Shown here one piece after another: positions 22,542 through 32,000 of a DNA stretch of 32,000 nt. Under the pieces are notes generated by a model, which was not told the origin of the DNA, made no database searches, and saw only the letters and a list, made by a program, of their open reading frames with translations. How positions within the stretch are numbered: position 1 is the stretch's first letter; the number at the start of each line of letters is the position of its first letter. Position numbers and translations under genes: made by a program. The DNA is from Vibrio alginolyticus NBRC 15630 = ATCC 17749 (lineage in GTDB: Bacteria > Pseudomonadota > Gammaproteobacteria > Enterobacterales > Vibrionaceae): contig NC_022349.1 of assembly GCF_000354175.2 (NCBI RefSeq), positions 990,001 to 1,022,000 on the forward strand, in the 5' to 3' direction.

Positions 22542-24086
22542 TTAATTCTTACGTATACCGTAATCACGCAGTTTATTAGCGATTGAGGTATGCGATACAT
22601 TCAAGCGCTTAGCAAGCTTGCGGCTTGATGGGAATGACTGATACAAACGTTCCAGAACTTGAGATTCATAATCACGCATGATCTCATCCAAAGAACCGTC
22701 GATGTTAAGCGTTGCACTACCAGCGCCGACTGACTGAGGCTGAGGTAAATTGAAGTGATCCGCGTTTAGTATATCACCATCCATTTCCGTGAGCGCTCGA
22801 AGAACCATGTTATCCAGCTGGCGCATGTTTCCTGGCCACTGATAATTTGCAAGGGCATCAACTAGACCATCATCAAACTCTGGCTTATCAATCCCAAGCT
22901 GTTGAGCATGTTTCGCCACAAACAACTCAAGCAATGGTGCAACGTCGTTTGAGCGCTTACGTAACGGAGGAATGCTGAGCGTAAGTACGTTGAGACGATA
23001 ATACAAATCTTCACGGAACATTCCTGCTTCAGAAAGCTCGGCAAGGTTATGTTTTGTTGAAGCGATGATACGAACATCGACATGCATCTCATCTTCTGCA
23101 CCGACACGACGGAAATTACCATCCTGTAGAAAACGTAACAGCTTGATTTGAAGGTGCGAACTCATTTCACCGATTTCATCAAGAAATACCGTGCCGCCAT
23201 TTGCTTGCTCAAAGATGCCTTTGTGGCCTTGTTCATGATTGAATGAACCCGGCGCATGACCAAAAAGTTCGGTTTCTGCTACATCGTCAGGCATCGAAGC
23301 ACAACTCAAAACAAGGAATGGCTTGCTCGCGCGGCTAGAACGGCTGTGGCAAGCTTTAGCAAGCATTTCTTTACCAGTCCCCGTTTCGCCCTCAATCAAC
23401 AATGGTTGGTCAAGCACAGACAGCTTTTTAGCTTGGTTCATTAGTGCTTTATGACGGTTCGATATACCAACAAAGTGCTCAAAACCCAGAGGATTATGCA
23501 GCGGTAGTGCTTCTTCAATTCTGGCAACTTGCTGACTAGAGCGAATCGTCATTAGAGTACTCGCTAGAGTCGAGTTTTGCGCTTCGTCTCGGATATAAAC
23601 GGGCATCAACTCTAGAACATAGTCCAAGCCATCAATCACAAGGTTTTCCCGCGTTCGACCATTAACACCTTCAGACCAACGAGAGAAACGAACACTTGGT
23701 AACAAAGCACCGATTTGAGTACCAATCACTTCTTGCTTGTGAAGGCCAAGCAATGAAAGTGCAGACATGTTTGCCATGTCTACGGCACCTTTAAGATCAA
23801 TGGCAAAAACCGGATCGGGCAAGTTATCAACTAACGAGAGCAGCTCCGTATTGTGGCGCTCCATCGGCATAAACTGGATTTTACGTACGTCTTTCACCCC
23901 CGGAATACGGCGGATTTCAGCCATCAGCTCACTAAACGTATCAAAATCAATATCTGGGCAATTCAAATAGATAATACCGCTAATATCGATTTCGATACCA
24001 CGCAAGTCGATGCTTTTAGACGCTAAAATATCGAGCAGTTCTCGGGTCAAGCCGAGTCGATCTTCACATAAGACTTCAAGACGCAC
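22542..24086 (-). CDS. tyrR: Transcriptional regulator TyrR (ACT-PAS-AAA+ sigma54-interaction-HTH), 514 aa
   Basis: The N-terminus MRLEVLCEDRLGLTRELLDIL closely matches E. coli TyrR. Walker A GETGTGKE, GAFT-like loop, C-terminal HTH. GTG start. Confidence 0.92.
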   Translation of the reverse strand: MRLEVLCEDRLGLTRELLDILASKSIDLRGIEIDISGIIYLNCPDIDFDTFSELMAEIRRIPGVKDVRKIQFMPMERHNTELLSLVDNLPDPVFAIDLKGAVDMANMSALSLLGLHKQEVIGTQIGALLPSVRFSRWSEGVNGRTRENLVIDGLDYVLELMPVYIRDEAQNSTLASTLMTIRSSQQVARIEEALPLHNPLGFEHFVGISNRHKALMNQAKKLSVLDQPLLIEGETGTGKEMLAKACHSRSSRASKPFLVLSCASMPDDVAETELFGHAPGSFNHEQGHKGIFEQANGGTVFLDEIGEMSSHLQIKLLRFLQDGNFRRVGAEDEMHVDVRIIASTKHNLAELSEAGMFREDLYYRLNVLTLSIPPLRKRSNDVAPLLELFVAKHAQQLGIDKPEFDDGLVDALANYQWPGNMRQLDNMVLRALTEMDGDILNADHFNLPQPQSVGAGSATLNIDGSLDEIMRDYESQVLERLYQSFPSSRKLAKRLNVSHTSIANKLRDYGIRKN

Positions 24087-24108
24087 TTAAAATATCCCAA
24101 TTCACAAC

Positions 24109-24126
24109 TGTCAGGAAAAGTTGACA
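24109..24126. promoter_or_regulatory. TyrR-box-like palindrome TGTCAG-N6-TTGACA upstream of tyrR
   Basis: Fits the TGT-N12-ACA spacing of the TGTAAA-N6-TTTACA consensus. Located 23-40 nt upstream of the tyrR start. Confidence 0.45.
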
Positions 24127-24186
24127 GTAGTTTCTATCATGCTTGGAATGGCGTCAAGCAATCCTATCCATCAAAGTTGATATTCG

Positions 24187-25227
24187 TTACGGTTTCATCG
24201 TAATTGATGCAACTTTCGCCGCCACTGCCTTGCGTATGGTGCCCAACTTAACCTGACGGTCAGGATACCAGGGTAGTGGACGCAATAAGGTCATCGCTTT
24301 CAAGCCCAAACGTGCCGTTAGAATACCAACACCTAGTCCCTGCCCCGCACGAGCAGAAACTTTGCCAGCAAGATCCATCGACATCAAATCCATACTGGCA
24401 TCAATAGCGAGCTCACTGGCACCAGCCGCCGCCATATTGACAAATACCGCTCTTAGTAACTTGATGCGAGATGCATAACCTAGCTCTACCCCATATACCT
24501 TGGAGAGGTTGTCGATCATTTTGAAATTTCGCCAAGCCACCAGCAACATATCAGCGGCAGCCAGAGGGCTCACGGCGACTAGGGCCGCACACTCGGTTGC
24601 GTGCTGTGATACGATTTTCGTTGCCAACTTGTCTTGTTGGCTCACAACCATCGAGTCATACATATCAAGAATTTCAGCGTCACTATGAGCAGGGTTAATA
24701 CTGTTCTGCCAACGATCAAAGCCCGGATTCTCTGCCATCACACCACTTTGTTCTGCTACGGTTTCGCAAAAGGCTTTCCCTTTCCCAACGCTCTCACTAT
24801 TAACAAGTGCTTCTGCTTCTTCTTGAACACTAAAATGATTTCGTAGTTTTCGCAGTTTCCAAAGCTCTTTACCCATAGCTCCTAAACCAAGCGAAGCGAT
24901 CGCAGCAATAAACCCCGTCCAGCTTAAGGCTAGCCAATCAGAAGCCTGAATTGCGGTTATAACCGAGTCCACCGCTTGCCAGCCAACCAGACCAGCAAAA
25001 GTTGCAAATGCGCCAGTCGCGAGCCATTTTCTGCCCGATTTTGGACGAATGACATGCTCGAGTTGCAATTCCTGTTCGGTCTCCTGGTGCGCTTCTTTAA
25101 CTTCAACAGGTACAAATGTTTCTTTTTCGCCGAATGTTTGCTGCGCCGTCAACTCCGGTTGATTCGATTGCTGCTCTTTTTCCATTACCTTTTCAGAGAA
25201 AACTTGTTTTTGCTTCAACTCACTCAT
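24187..25227 (-). CDS. ycjF: UPF0283 inner-membrane protein YcjF
   Basis: 346 aa. The start overlaps the stop of the upstream ycjX-like gene (ATGA overlap), with the same ycjX-ycjF-tyrR synteny as E. coli. Confidence 0.8.
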   Translation of the reverse strand: MSELKQKQVFSEKVMEKEQQSNQPELTAQQTFGEKETFVPVEVKEAHQETEQELQLEHVIRPKSGRKWLATGAFATFAGLVGWQAVDSVITAIQASDWLALSWTGFIAAIASLGLGAMGKELWKLRKLRNHFSVQEEAEALVNSESVGKGKAFCETVAEQSGVMAENPGFDRWQNSINPAHSDAEILDMYDSMVVSQQDKLATKIVSQHATECAALVAVSPLAAADMLLVAWRNFKMIDNLSKVYGVELGYASRIKLLRAVFVNMAAAGASELAIDASMDLMSMDLAGKVSARAGQGLGVGILTARLGLKAMTLLRPLPWYPDRQVKLGTIRKAVAAKVASITMKP

Positions 25228-26600
25228 TTCAATTTATCTCCAATCAGGTAATCCAATGCTTTGTCTAAGCGTATGTGCTTCATTGGCTCATCATTCGGTG
25301 AGGGCATCGGACGAAACGACGTAAAATCAAACCCGTTGTTTTGCCAATACGCTGCATTTGGTAGCTTTTTCGGCACCTCTCCGGGAAACATAGTCATCGG
25401 CTCACCACCCAATGTTGTTCCTTGTAACGCCGGGATGGTCTTATCTCCAGAGGAAATAAACCCCGTCGTGGTTGCTTGGATGGAAGCGATACTCATGCAG
25501 CTCATCTCAATATTCTCGTAGGCTGCCGTTTGCCACGCTGGATGCACCATTTGTTGGAGCAGAGACACCAAATTTGGGTGCTGATCGGGCGTGATATGAT
25601 CCGCTTTTGTAGCAGCAAACAACACTTTGTCGATTTTTGGTGAGAACAAACGACGCAAAAAGCTACTACGACCATAACGGAAGCTATGCATGATCTGTTC
25701 TAGCGCTTGGCGCATGTCGTAAAACGCTTCATCACCAGCATTGAGAGGCTGCAAACAATCCACCAGTACAATCTGGCGATCGAAGGTCGCAAAATGATGC
25801 TTATAAAACGCTTTCACGACTTTCTGTTGGTATTCCTGAAAACGGGCTTCTAGCATCGCTAAGTTACTGCCCTTGGGCGCTTTGCTTTCTGAATCAACAC
25901 GACACGGGAAAAACTGTAGCACCGGCGCGCCTGCTAGCTCACCAGGTAATACAAAGCGGCCAGGCTGAACCCAATGAAGGCCAGAGTCTTTACAAGAATG
26001 AAGGTACTCTGTGTATGTGTGTGCAACTTTCTCAAGTAGTTTATCATTCACTTCTGCAAAGAGATCCACTTTCTCCAGTTCAGAAAGCCAAGCTTTGGCT
26101 AAATCGCCACGCTGGCCTTTAAGTGCATCAAACTGAGTTTGCGACCACGTTGCAAAGTCCATGTCCAATAAAGGCAGGTCGAGCAACCACTCTCCTGGAT
26201 AGTCGATAATATCAACATTTAAAATTGCGGTTTTACTCAACAGCTTTTTCGTAGTTTTATTTGGTTTGTACTTGAGCGCTAAGCGAATCTCACTCACATC
26301 ACGTGTCGGTACTGGCCACTGAGGTGGAGTGGCATGAATTTGGCTCATCGCCTCATCGTAAGCAAAGCGTGGCACCATCATATTCGATTGAGGCTCACGC
26401 TTCGCCCCAATAAGGCGCTTATCTCTAGCCGCAGTCAAAAGAGGCAAATTGTCATGGGTTGCAGTATGAAGAAGCTGATTCACTAATGACGTGATGAATG
26501 CCGTCTTACCGGCACGAGAAAGTCCGGTGACAGCAATTCGAACATTAGAGTCCATACCTCTGTTGATAAAGTCATTAACTTCTTTCTTTATTCTCTTCAT
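25224..26600 (-). CDS. ycjX: YcjX-family P-loop NTPase
   Basis: 458 aa. Walker A GLSRAGKT near the N-terminus. Translationally coupled to ycjF. Confidence 0.85.
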   Translation of the reverse strand: MKRIKKEVNDFINRGMDSNVRIAVTGLSRAGKTAFITSLVNQLLHTATHDNLPLLTAARDKRLIGAKREPQSNMMVPRFAYDEAMSQIHATPPQWPVPTRDVSEIRLALKYKPNKTTKKLLSKTAILNVDIIDYPGEWLLDLPLLDMDFATWSQTQFDALKGQRGDLAKAWLSELEKVDLFAEVNDKLLEKVAHTYTEYLHSCKDSGLHWVQPGRFVLPGELAGAPVLQFFPCRVDSESKAPKGSNLAMLEARFQEYQQKVVKAFYKHHFATFDRQIVLVDCLQPLNAGDEAFYDMRQALEQIMHSFRYGRSSFLRRLFSPKIDKVLFAATKADHITPDQHPNLVSLLQQMVHPAWQTAAYENIEMSCMSIASIQATTTGFISSGDKTIPALQGTTLGGEPMTMFPGEVPKKLPNAAYWQNNGFDFTSFRPMPSPNDEPMKHIRLDKALDYLIGDKLK

Positions 26601-26745
26601 TACGCTTCTTTATCTTACTCCACTTTAAAACAACGTTGTCAGCGACTTCGAATTTCGAGCTATGAATACTGTTCTATCCCGAATCCTATGAGTTTAACTT
26701 TATATACCTTAATAAAAGATGAACAAAACATCCGGCTTAATGCTG

Positions 26746-26783
26746 TGTTAAAAAAGAAAAGCCCCTGAGTGGTTCAGAGGCTT
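26746..26783 (-). terminator. Rho-independent terminator of the small membrane-protein gene
   Basis: Minus strand reads AAGCCTCTGA-ACCAC-TCAGGGGCTT followed by TTCTTTTTT. Confidence 0.6.
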
Positions 26784-26855
26784 ACTTAATCTACAGCATT
26801 AGTAACTCTATATGCGCTGATTACTATGTTAAACAGGAACCCGCTTTCTTTAAGC

Positions 26856-27041
26856 CTAGTCGTCTTCGATTAACTTATAGATAACAAATAGAGCGATTTC
26901 TAAAATCAACCACAACACACATGTGATGGTCACGTACTTTTCATCAAAGATGCTGATACCGTGAAGAATCAAGTCATAGCCAACAAAGCCACCTATCACT
27001 ACAGCAAGAATAATTTGTAGAATCTGAATAAAACGAGGCAT
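26856..27041 (-). CDS. Small membrane protein, 61 aa, 2 TM helices
   Basis: ATG preceded by AGGAGACGGC. Two clear hydrophobic helices. A terminator follows downstream. Confidence 0.6.
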   Translation of the reverse strand: MPRFIQILQIILAVVIGGFVGYDLILHGISIFDEKYVTITCVLWLILEIALFVIYKLIEDD

Positions 27042-27110
27042 GCCGTCTCCTAATTATTGTTCGCATAACGTTTGATTGCTATGCCTAAAGGTTTATATCC
27101 TTAATTATAT

Positions 27111-27141
27111 AGACAAAAAGTGCAGGTTTCGCTGCACTTTT
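27111..27141 (-). terminator. Rho-independent terminator downstream of the fumarate hydratase gene
   Basis: AAAAGTGCAG-GTTTCG-CTGCACTTTT. The minus-strand transcript ends in CTGCACTTTTTGTC. Confidence 0.7.
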
Positions 27142-27215
27142 GTCAATTGTTTGCTAGGTAAATCAGCACCTTGTCACATTCTCTCTACTGAGACGCAGCA
27201 AGATTGCCCTTTGCC

Positions 27216-28733
27216 TTATGCTTCCATCTCTTGAATTTTCACTTTCCAAGTGTCTGGACCAATTTGGTGCGCGTTAACACCATTTGAGTCGACAGCCACT
27301 GTTACTGGCATATCTTCAACTTCAAATTCGTAAATCGCTTCCATACCTAAATCTTCAAATGCGACAACGCGAGCTTTCTTGATCGCTTTCGCCACCAAGT
27401 ACGCAGCGCCACCGACAGCCATTAGGTAAACCGCTTTGTGATTCTTGATAGATTCAACCGTTGCAGGGCCACGCTCAGCTTTACCGATCATGCCCATGAT
27501 GCCGGTCTTTTCTAGCATCATGTCGGTGAATTTATCCATACGCGTAGATGTTGTTGGGCCAGCAGGACCAACGACTTCATCACCAACTGCATCGACAGGG
27601 CCTACGTAGTAAATGAACTTACCGTTTAGATCTACGCCTTCAGGTAGACCTTCACCGTTATCTAGCATGCCTTGAATACGTTTATGCGCAGCATCACGAC
27701 CAGTCAGAATTTTACCTGATAGAAGAACCGTTTCGCCTGTCTTCCACTCTTGTACTTCTTCTTTAGTAATTGTGTCTAAGTTTACGCGACGCGTATTTTC
27801 GCCCGCTTCCCAAGTGATATCTGGCCAATCTTCTAGTTTAGGTGGTGCTAGCTCTGCTGGGCCGCTACCATCAAGCGTGAAGTGTACGTGACGAGTCGCC
27901 GCACAGTTCGGGATCAAACAAACAGGCTTAGAAGCCGCGTGCGTTGGCGCAGTTTTGATTTTAACGTCGACAACAGTCGTCAAACCGCCAAGACCTTGCG
28001 CACCGATACCAAGTTTGTTCACGCGATTGAAGATATCCAAACGAAGCTCTTCTTCTGCGTTTTGTGGACCACGGTCGATAAGCTCTTGAATATCGATGTG
28101 TTCCATTAGAGATTCTTTTGCCAATACCGCTGCTTTTTCAGCCGTACCGCCGATACCAATGCCAAGCATGCCAGGAGGACACCAGCCCGCCCCCATAGTT
28201 GGTAGCGTTTTTTCTACCCACTCAGCAATATCGTCAGATGGGTTTAGCATCACCATCTTAGTTTTGTTTTCGCTACCGCCGCCCTTCGCAGCGATCTGAA
28301 TTTCAACTTTATCGCCCGGAACCATGTTGATATGTACGACGGCAGGCGTGTTGTCTTTGGTATTAATACGTTTACCAGCAGGGTCCATAAGTACTGACGC
28401 ACGCAACGGGTTATCAGGGTTCGTGTACGCTTGTCGAACACCTTCATCTACCATCTGCTGAACCGTCATGTCGGTCGAATCCCATTGCACGCCCATACCG
28501 ATGTTGACGAAACACGTCACAATACCAGTATCCTGACAAATTGGACGGTGACCTTCTGCGGACATTCGGGAGTTAATTAGGATCTGAGCAATCGCGTCTT
28601 TCGCGGCTTGACTCTCTTCGCGGTGATAGGCTTTTTCAAGAGCTTGAACAAAGTCTAGCGGGTGGTAGTAAGAAATATACTGTAGCGCATCAGCGACACT
28701 GCTGATCACATCCTGCTTGCGTATTACCGTCAT
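27216..28733 (-). CDS. fumA: Class I (Fe-S dependent) fumarate hydratase, 505 aa
   Basis: N-terminal catalytic domain with CQDTGI and a C-terminal beta domain (GPTTSTRMD...AVGGAAYL), typical of fused class I fumarase/tartrate dehydratase. Confidence 0.88.
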   Translation of the reverse strand: MTVIRKQDVISSVADALQYISYYHPLDFVQALEKAYHREESQAAKDAIAQILINSRMSAEGHRPICQDTGIVTCFVNIGMGVQWDSTDMTVQQMVDEGVRQAYTNPDNPLRASVLMDPAGKRINTKDNTPAVVHINMVPGDKVEIQIAAKGGGSENKTKMVMLNPSDDIAEWVEKTLPTMGAGWCPPGMLGIGIGGTAEKAAVLAKESLMEHIDIQELIDRGPQNAEEELRLDIFNRVNKLGIGAQGLGGLTTVVDVKIKTAPTHAASKPVCLIPNCAATRHVHFTLDGSGPAELAPPKLEDWPDITWEAGENTRRVNLDTITKEEVQEWKTGETVLLSGKILTGRDAAHKRIQGMLDNGEGLPEGVDLNGKFIYYVGPVDAVGDEVVGPAGPTTSTRMDKFTDMMLEKTGIMGMIGKAERGPATVESIKNHKAVYLMAVGGAAYLVAKAIKKARVVAFEDLGMEAIYEFEVEDMPVTVAVDSNGVNAHQIGPDTWKVKIQEMEA

Positions 28734-28994
28734 TACATGCCTCGTTATAGTTATGCTTCCATTATTGGCTTAGCTTCAATCGTGTTTGTTGAGCTTATTG
28801 CTCTTTTGAGCTTCGTTTTTTATAAACAATTGTCGAACGGCTGATATCGACACACGAAATGCTGAAGTTGCCTACTTGTAAACCATCTCAAAACCCTATG
28901 AATAGAGGGAGTTTGGCTACACAGAGGAATATGATACTCTTGCTGCCCATGACATGCCATGCAGTGAACGATCTCTTTGTCACAAATTACACAA

Positions 28995-30368
28995 ATGAAC
29001 AACATGGACAATCAATTCATTGATTTTAAAGCGTTGGAATACGCACCAGAGTTTGCTCTTCACCTTTTTTCTCGCATTCAACACCTACCTTGGGCGATGT
29101 TGCTGCGTTCTGCATCAAAAACGCATATCGATAGCCGCTTCGATGTGTTGGTCGCCAACCCGATTGCAACGTTAGAAACCACTGCCGACAACACACAAGT
29201 TGAAACGCCATCGAATGCCTATTCAACTCAAGATGACCCATTCACGCTGCTTCATCAATTGCAAGAACAGTGGCTTCCTCACGTAGAGTTAAATAAAGAA
29301 TTGGATTTGCCTTTTGTTGGTGGTGCGCTCGGTTACTTCAGTTACGATTTAGGTCGCCGCGTAGAAACGATGCCAGAAGTGGCAGAAAAAGATCTCAACA
29401 CGCCGGATATGGCGGTAGGTCTGTATGAATGGGCCGTTGTTGTTGACCACAAGCTTAAAAAAGCATGCCTAGTTGGTCAGAATATCGAGCAAGCTTGGCA
29501 GTGGTTAAACGAGCAAAAAGCAGAACAAACCGTTGACTTCGCTTTGTCTGGTGCTTGGCAGTCAAACATGACGAAAGAGAGCTACGCTACTCGCTTTGAC
29601 AAGGTGCAAGAATACTTGTTGAGCGGTGACTGTTATCAGATAAATTTGGCGCAGCGCTTTAACGCACCGTATCAAGGCAGCGAGTGGCAAGCGTATCTGA
29701 AATTGGAGTCCGCCAACCAAGCGCCATTCTCAGCGTTTATCCGTATGCCTGAGTCTTCGATTTTGAGTATCTCTCCAGAGCGCTTTTTAGAGCTCAAAGA
29801 TCGCGTCATTGAAACAAAACCAATCAAAGGTACTCGCCCACGCAGCGAAGATCCAACGAAAGATAACGCTAATGCCCATGACTTGCAGACAGCGGAAAAA
29901 GATCAGGCAGAAAACCTGATGATTGTCGATTTGCTGCGTAATGATATTGGTCGAGTTGCATCACCGGGTAGCGTCCACGTGCCAAAGTTGTTCGATATTG
30001 AAAGCTTCCCTGCCGTGCATCATTTGGTGAGCACCATTCGTGCAAATTTGGATGAACAATACGCTCCTGCGGATTTGCTGCGAGCGTGTTTTCCAGGCGG
30101 TTCAATTACGGGAGCACCTAAAGTTCGCGCAATGCAGATTATTGAAGAACTGGAGCCGCATCGACGCAGCGCGTATTGCGGCAGTATTGGCTACATTTCA
30201 CGCCATGGTCGTATGGACACCAGCATTACTATCCGAACTCTTGTAGCGGAAAAAAACAAACTTTACGCTTGGGCTGGCGGCGGCGTCGTGGCAGATAGCG
30301 ATTGCGCCTCTGAGTATCAAGAAACGTTGGATAAGCTTTCAAAGATTTTGCCAGCGCTGCAATCGTAG
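28995..30368 (+). CDS. pabB: Aminodeoxychorismate synthase component I
   Basis: LPWAMLL near the N-terminus, SPERFL, PIKGT(R)PR and GGSITGAPK chorismate-binding motifs. Start is ATG 28995 or 29004; the ORF track used TTG 28977. Confidence 0.88.
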   Translation: MNNMDNQFIDFKALEYAPEFALHLFSRIQHLPWAMLLRSASKTHIDSRFDVLVANPIATLETTADNTQVETPSNAYSTQDDPFTLLHQLQEQWLPHVELNKELDLPFVGGALGYFSYDLGRRVETMPEVAEKDLNTPDMAVGLYEWAVVVDHKLKKACLVGQNIEQAWQWLNEQKAEQTVDFALSGAWQSNMTKESYATRFDKVQEYLLSGDCYQINLAQRFNAPYQGSEWQAYLKLESANQAPFSAFIRMPESSILSISPERFLELKDRVIETKPIKGTRPRSEDPTKDNANAHDLQTAEKDQAENLMIVDLLRNDIGRVASPGSVHVPKLFDIESFPAVHHLVSTIRANLDEQYAPADLLRACFPGGSITGAPKVRAMQIIEELEPHRRSAYCGSIGYISRHGRMDTSITIRTLVAEKNKLYAWAGGGVVADSDCASEYQETLDKLSKILPALQS

Positions 30369-30433
30369 GTTTCAACAGCACACAACGCCGCTTTAATGCT
30401 ATTGACGAAAACAATCTAAAACGCCTCCAGAAC

Positions 30434-30453
30434 GGATAATGCCGCTCATTTAA
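30434..30453. repeat. Left arm of a 20-bp long-range inverted repeat
   Basis: GGATAATGCCGCTCATTTAA. Its reverse complement matches 30626..30645 at 19 of 20 positions. Confidence 0.8.
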
Positions 30454-30625
30454 CAGCGAGTGGCATATTTCTGTATCTCATCACCCTGCACAGCGACGAA
30501 GGAGCGTGATACAGGTTCTTCTATTCAAGCACTTTGTGGTCAAATTTGTTTCATTACCCGCTCATCGTGTTGCTACTAGATTCTTAGTCTCGCCAAGGCT
30601 CGCTAGAATGACCCAAAAAACATCG

Positions 30626-30645
30626 TTAAACGAGCGGCATTATCC
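30626..30645. repeat. Right arm of a 20-bp long-range inverted repeat
   Basis: TTAAACGAGCGGCATTATCC, followed 11 nt later by a T7 run. Confidence 0.8.
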
Positions 30646-30733
30646 AGTTTGGTGCGTTTTTTTGTGTGTTTTATTTGCATGTACTTTAGCTTTTAGCCGT
30701 TGGCCAACAAACATACTTTTTAAGAGGCAGCGT

Positions 30734-32000
30734 CTACTGCTCAAGCCACTTACACATAATCTGTTCGATATCGGTTGCGGTGTACGGCTTAGTGAGTATG
30801 TCGTCCATGCCTGAATCAATGCACTTTTGACGCTCTTCGATGGTAGTGCCAGCGGTTAATGCAATAATAGGATGAGTAAAGCCACGCTCTCTCAGATACA
30901 TCGTCGCCTCATAACCATCCATTTCTGGCATTCGGCAGTCCATGAATATCAGTTCGTAGTCTTTACTTTTCACCGCTTCTAATGCTTCTTTTCCGTTGGC
31001 TTTTAAATCAGGTGTAATGTCGAGTTTTTTCAGCATTTGAGTAACAATGACTTGATTCATTCTGATGTCATCAACCACTAATATTGAGCGTCCTGCTAAA
31101 TCGCTTCGCTCTATAGTGACCAATTCCCCCTCTGCTGTGCCTTGTGCTTGCCCTTCCTCAAGAGGAATAGCAACTTTAAAAGTTGTCCCTTTGCGCTCTT
31201 CACTCTCAAAGCTAATTTGACCTTGCATCAAATCCACGAGGTTTTTACAAATCGCGAGACCTAAACCTGAGCCTTCAAAGCTGCGTTTCGCCGAGCGATC
31301 AACTTGGACAAATGGATCAAAGAGTGACGGCTGTGCTTTTATTGGGATGCCAATACCAGTGTCTTCAACCTCAAAATAAGCCGTGCCGTTAAGCCATTCC
31401 ACCCGTAACACGACACCACCCAAGTGAGTAAACTTAATCGCGTTTCCCACCAAGTTAACCAAAATTTGTGTAATGCGCTCTAAGTCACCGACTAAAAACT
31501 CAGGGATCCCCAGCTTTTTGTCGATAGAGAAATGGATGCGTTTTTCCGCAGCCTTAGCGGCAAATACACCCATGATGGCTTTTTCAAGCTCCTCCCAGGC
31601 AAAAACTTTATGTATGATTTCCATCATACCGGCATTCATCTTACTGAAATCAAGAAGATCATTAATGATCACTCTCAATAAGTCCCCTGATTGAGTCAGA
31701 TTGCTCAAGTATTGACGCTGCTCTTCTTCTAATTGGGTTCGACTCAATAACTCCGCACTACCCAATACGCCATTGAGAGGAGTTCGCAGCTCATGGTTAA
31801 TCATGGCGACAAACTCCTTCGTCGCTTTTTCTGATTCCTCAGCCCGCTTTCTCAGCTCGACCTCTCGCTCTAAACTTAAGTGTCGACCAATAACACCATG
31901 AACTAAGTCAGACACGAGCTCCATCTGTTTGGAAATAAAAGACTGATCGATTTGATCTTGCAACACAGAGAAAATCAACTCCCCAACCGTTTCCCCATCA
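30734..32000 (-). CDS. Hybrid sensor histidine kinase/response regulator (HisKA-HATPase-REC), N-terminus beyond the window
   Basis: H-box HELRTPLNG, N/G boxes (NLVGNAIKFT, DTGIGI, GSGLGL) and a C-terminal receiver (ILVVDD...DCRMPEMDG...LTAGT...KP). The frame stays open to the window edge; the ORF-track M is a TTG artefact. Confidence 0.88.
   Translation of the reverse strand, partial: DGETVGELIFSVLQDQIDQSFISKQMELVSDLVHGVIGRHLSLEREVELRKRAEESEKATKEFVAMINHELRTPLNGVLGSAELLSRTQLEEEQRQYLSNLTQSGDLLRVIINDLLDFSKMNAGMMEIIHKVFAWEELEKAIMGVFAAKAAEKRIHFSIDKKLGIPEFLVGDLERITQILVNLVGNAIKFTHLGGVVLRVEWLNGTAYFEVEDTGIGIPIKAQPSLFDPFVQVDRSAKRSFEGSGLGLAICKNLVDLMQGQISFESEERKGTTFKVAIPLEEGQAQGTAEGELVTIERSDLAGRSILVVDDIRMNQVIVTQMLKKLDITPDLKANGKEALEAVKSKDYELIFMDCRMPEMDGYEATMYLRERGFTHPIIALTAGTTIEERQKCIDSGMDDILTKPYTATDIEQIMCKWLEQ

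Noticed and set aside
22862-23970. Short ORFs inside or antisense to tyrR (22862..23122, 23256..23444, 23767..23970). Similar ones lie within ycjF, ycjX, fumA and pabB.
   Set aside because: They are fully embedded in long, well-supported genes on the same or opposite strand. They are typical shadow ORFs.
26601-26700. Possible sigma32 heat-shock promoter upstream of ycjX (CTCGAAA on the minus strand).
   Set aside because: Only the -35-like half resembles CTTGAAA. No CCCCAT-like -10 is found at the proper spacing.
28820-29011. 63-aa minus-strand ORF between fumA and pabB.
   Set aside because: It overlaps the pabB start region in the divergent promoter interval. It is Cys/His-rich by chance and has no SD.
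30506-30814. 102-aa plus-strand ORF in the pabB/kinase intergenic region.
   Set aside because: GTG start without an SD. It runs antisense into the 3' end of the kinase gene and has no protein-like features. The region is better explained by the inverted-repeat element.

Overview
The window has two parts. Positions 1-20801 are the integrase-proximal end of a Vibrio-type sedentary chromosomal integron (superintegron). It contains an intIA-type tyrosine recombinase (19839..20801, +) with a perfect LexA box at its 5' end, and an attI core GTTAGGC at 19619..19625. To the left lies an array of 28 VCR-like attC repeats, mostly 120 bp, read on the minus strand. They delimit 28 complete cassettes plus one cassette cut by the window edge. 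Cassette cargo includes five GNAT acetyltransferases, a glutathione S-transferase, an isochorismatase-family hydrolase and an HNH nuclease. There is also an EcsC-like protein, a DUF2314-like secreted protein, a reversed lipoprotein gene, small membrane proteins and several orphans, one built from six 13-aa tandem repeats. A reversed Phd/YefM-RelE toxin-antitoxin cassette is present twice. Seven cassettes have no credible ORF. Four of them form one ~427-bp family with a conserved hairpin-bearing core, which is the most unusual signal here. Two more are identical copies of another element, and one is an A/C-rich hairpin-dense cassette. An IS3-family element (16678..17863) sits inside the second TA cassette, flanked by a GCGGT duplication. 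Positions 20802-32000 are ordinary core genome: a conserved hypothetical gene, an HD-domain hydrolase, rimJ, tyrR, ycjF, ycjX, a small membrane protein, class I fumarate hydratase, pabB and a partial hybrid histidine kinase. A 20-bp long-range inverted repeat lies in the pabB/kinase intergenic region. Functional calls come from reading the translated ORFs and recognising motifs. No database search was possible.
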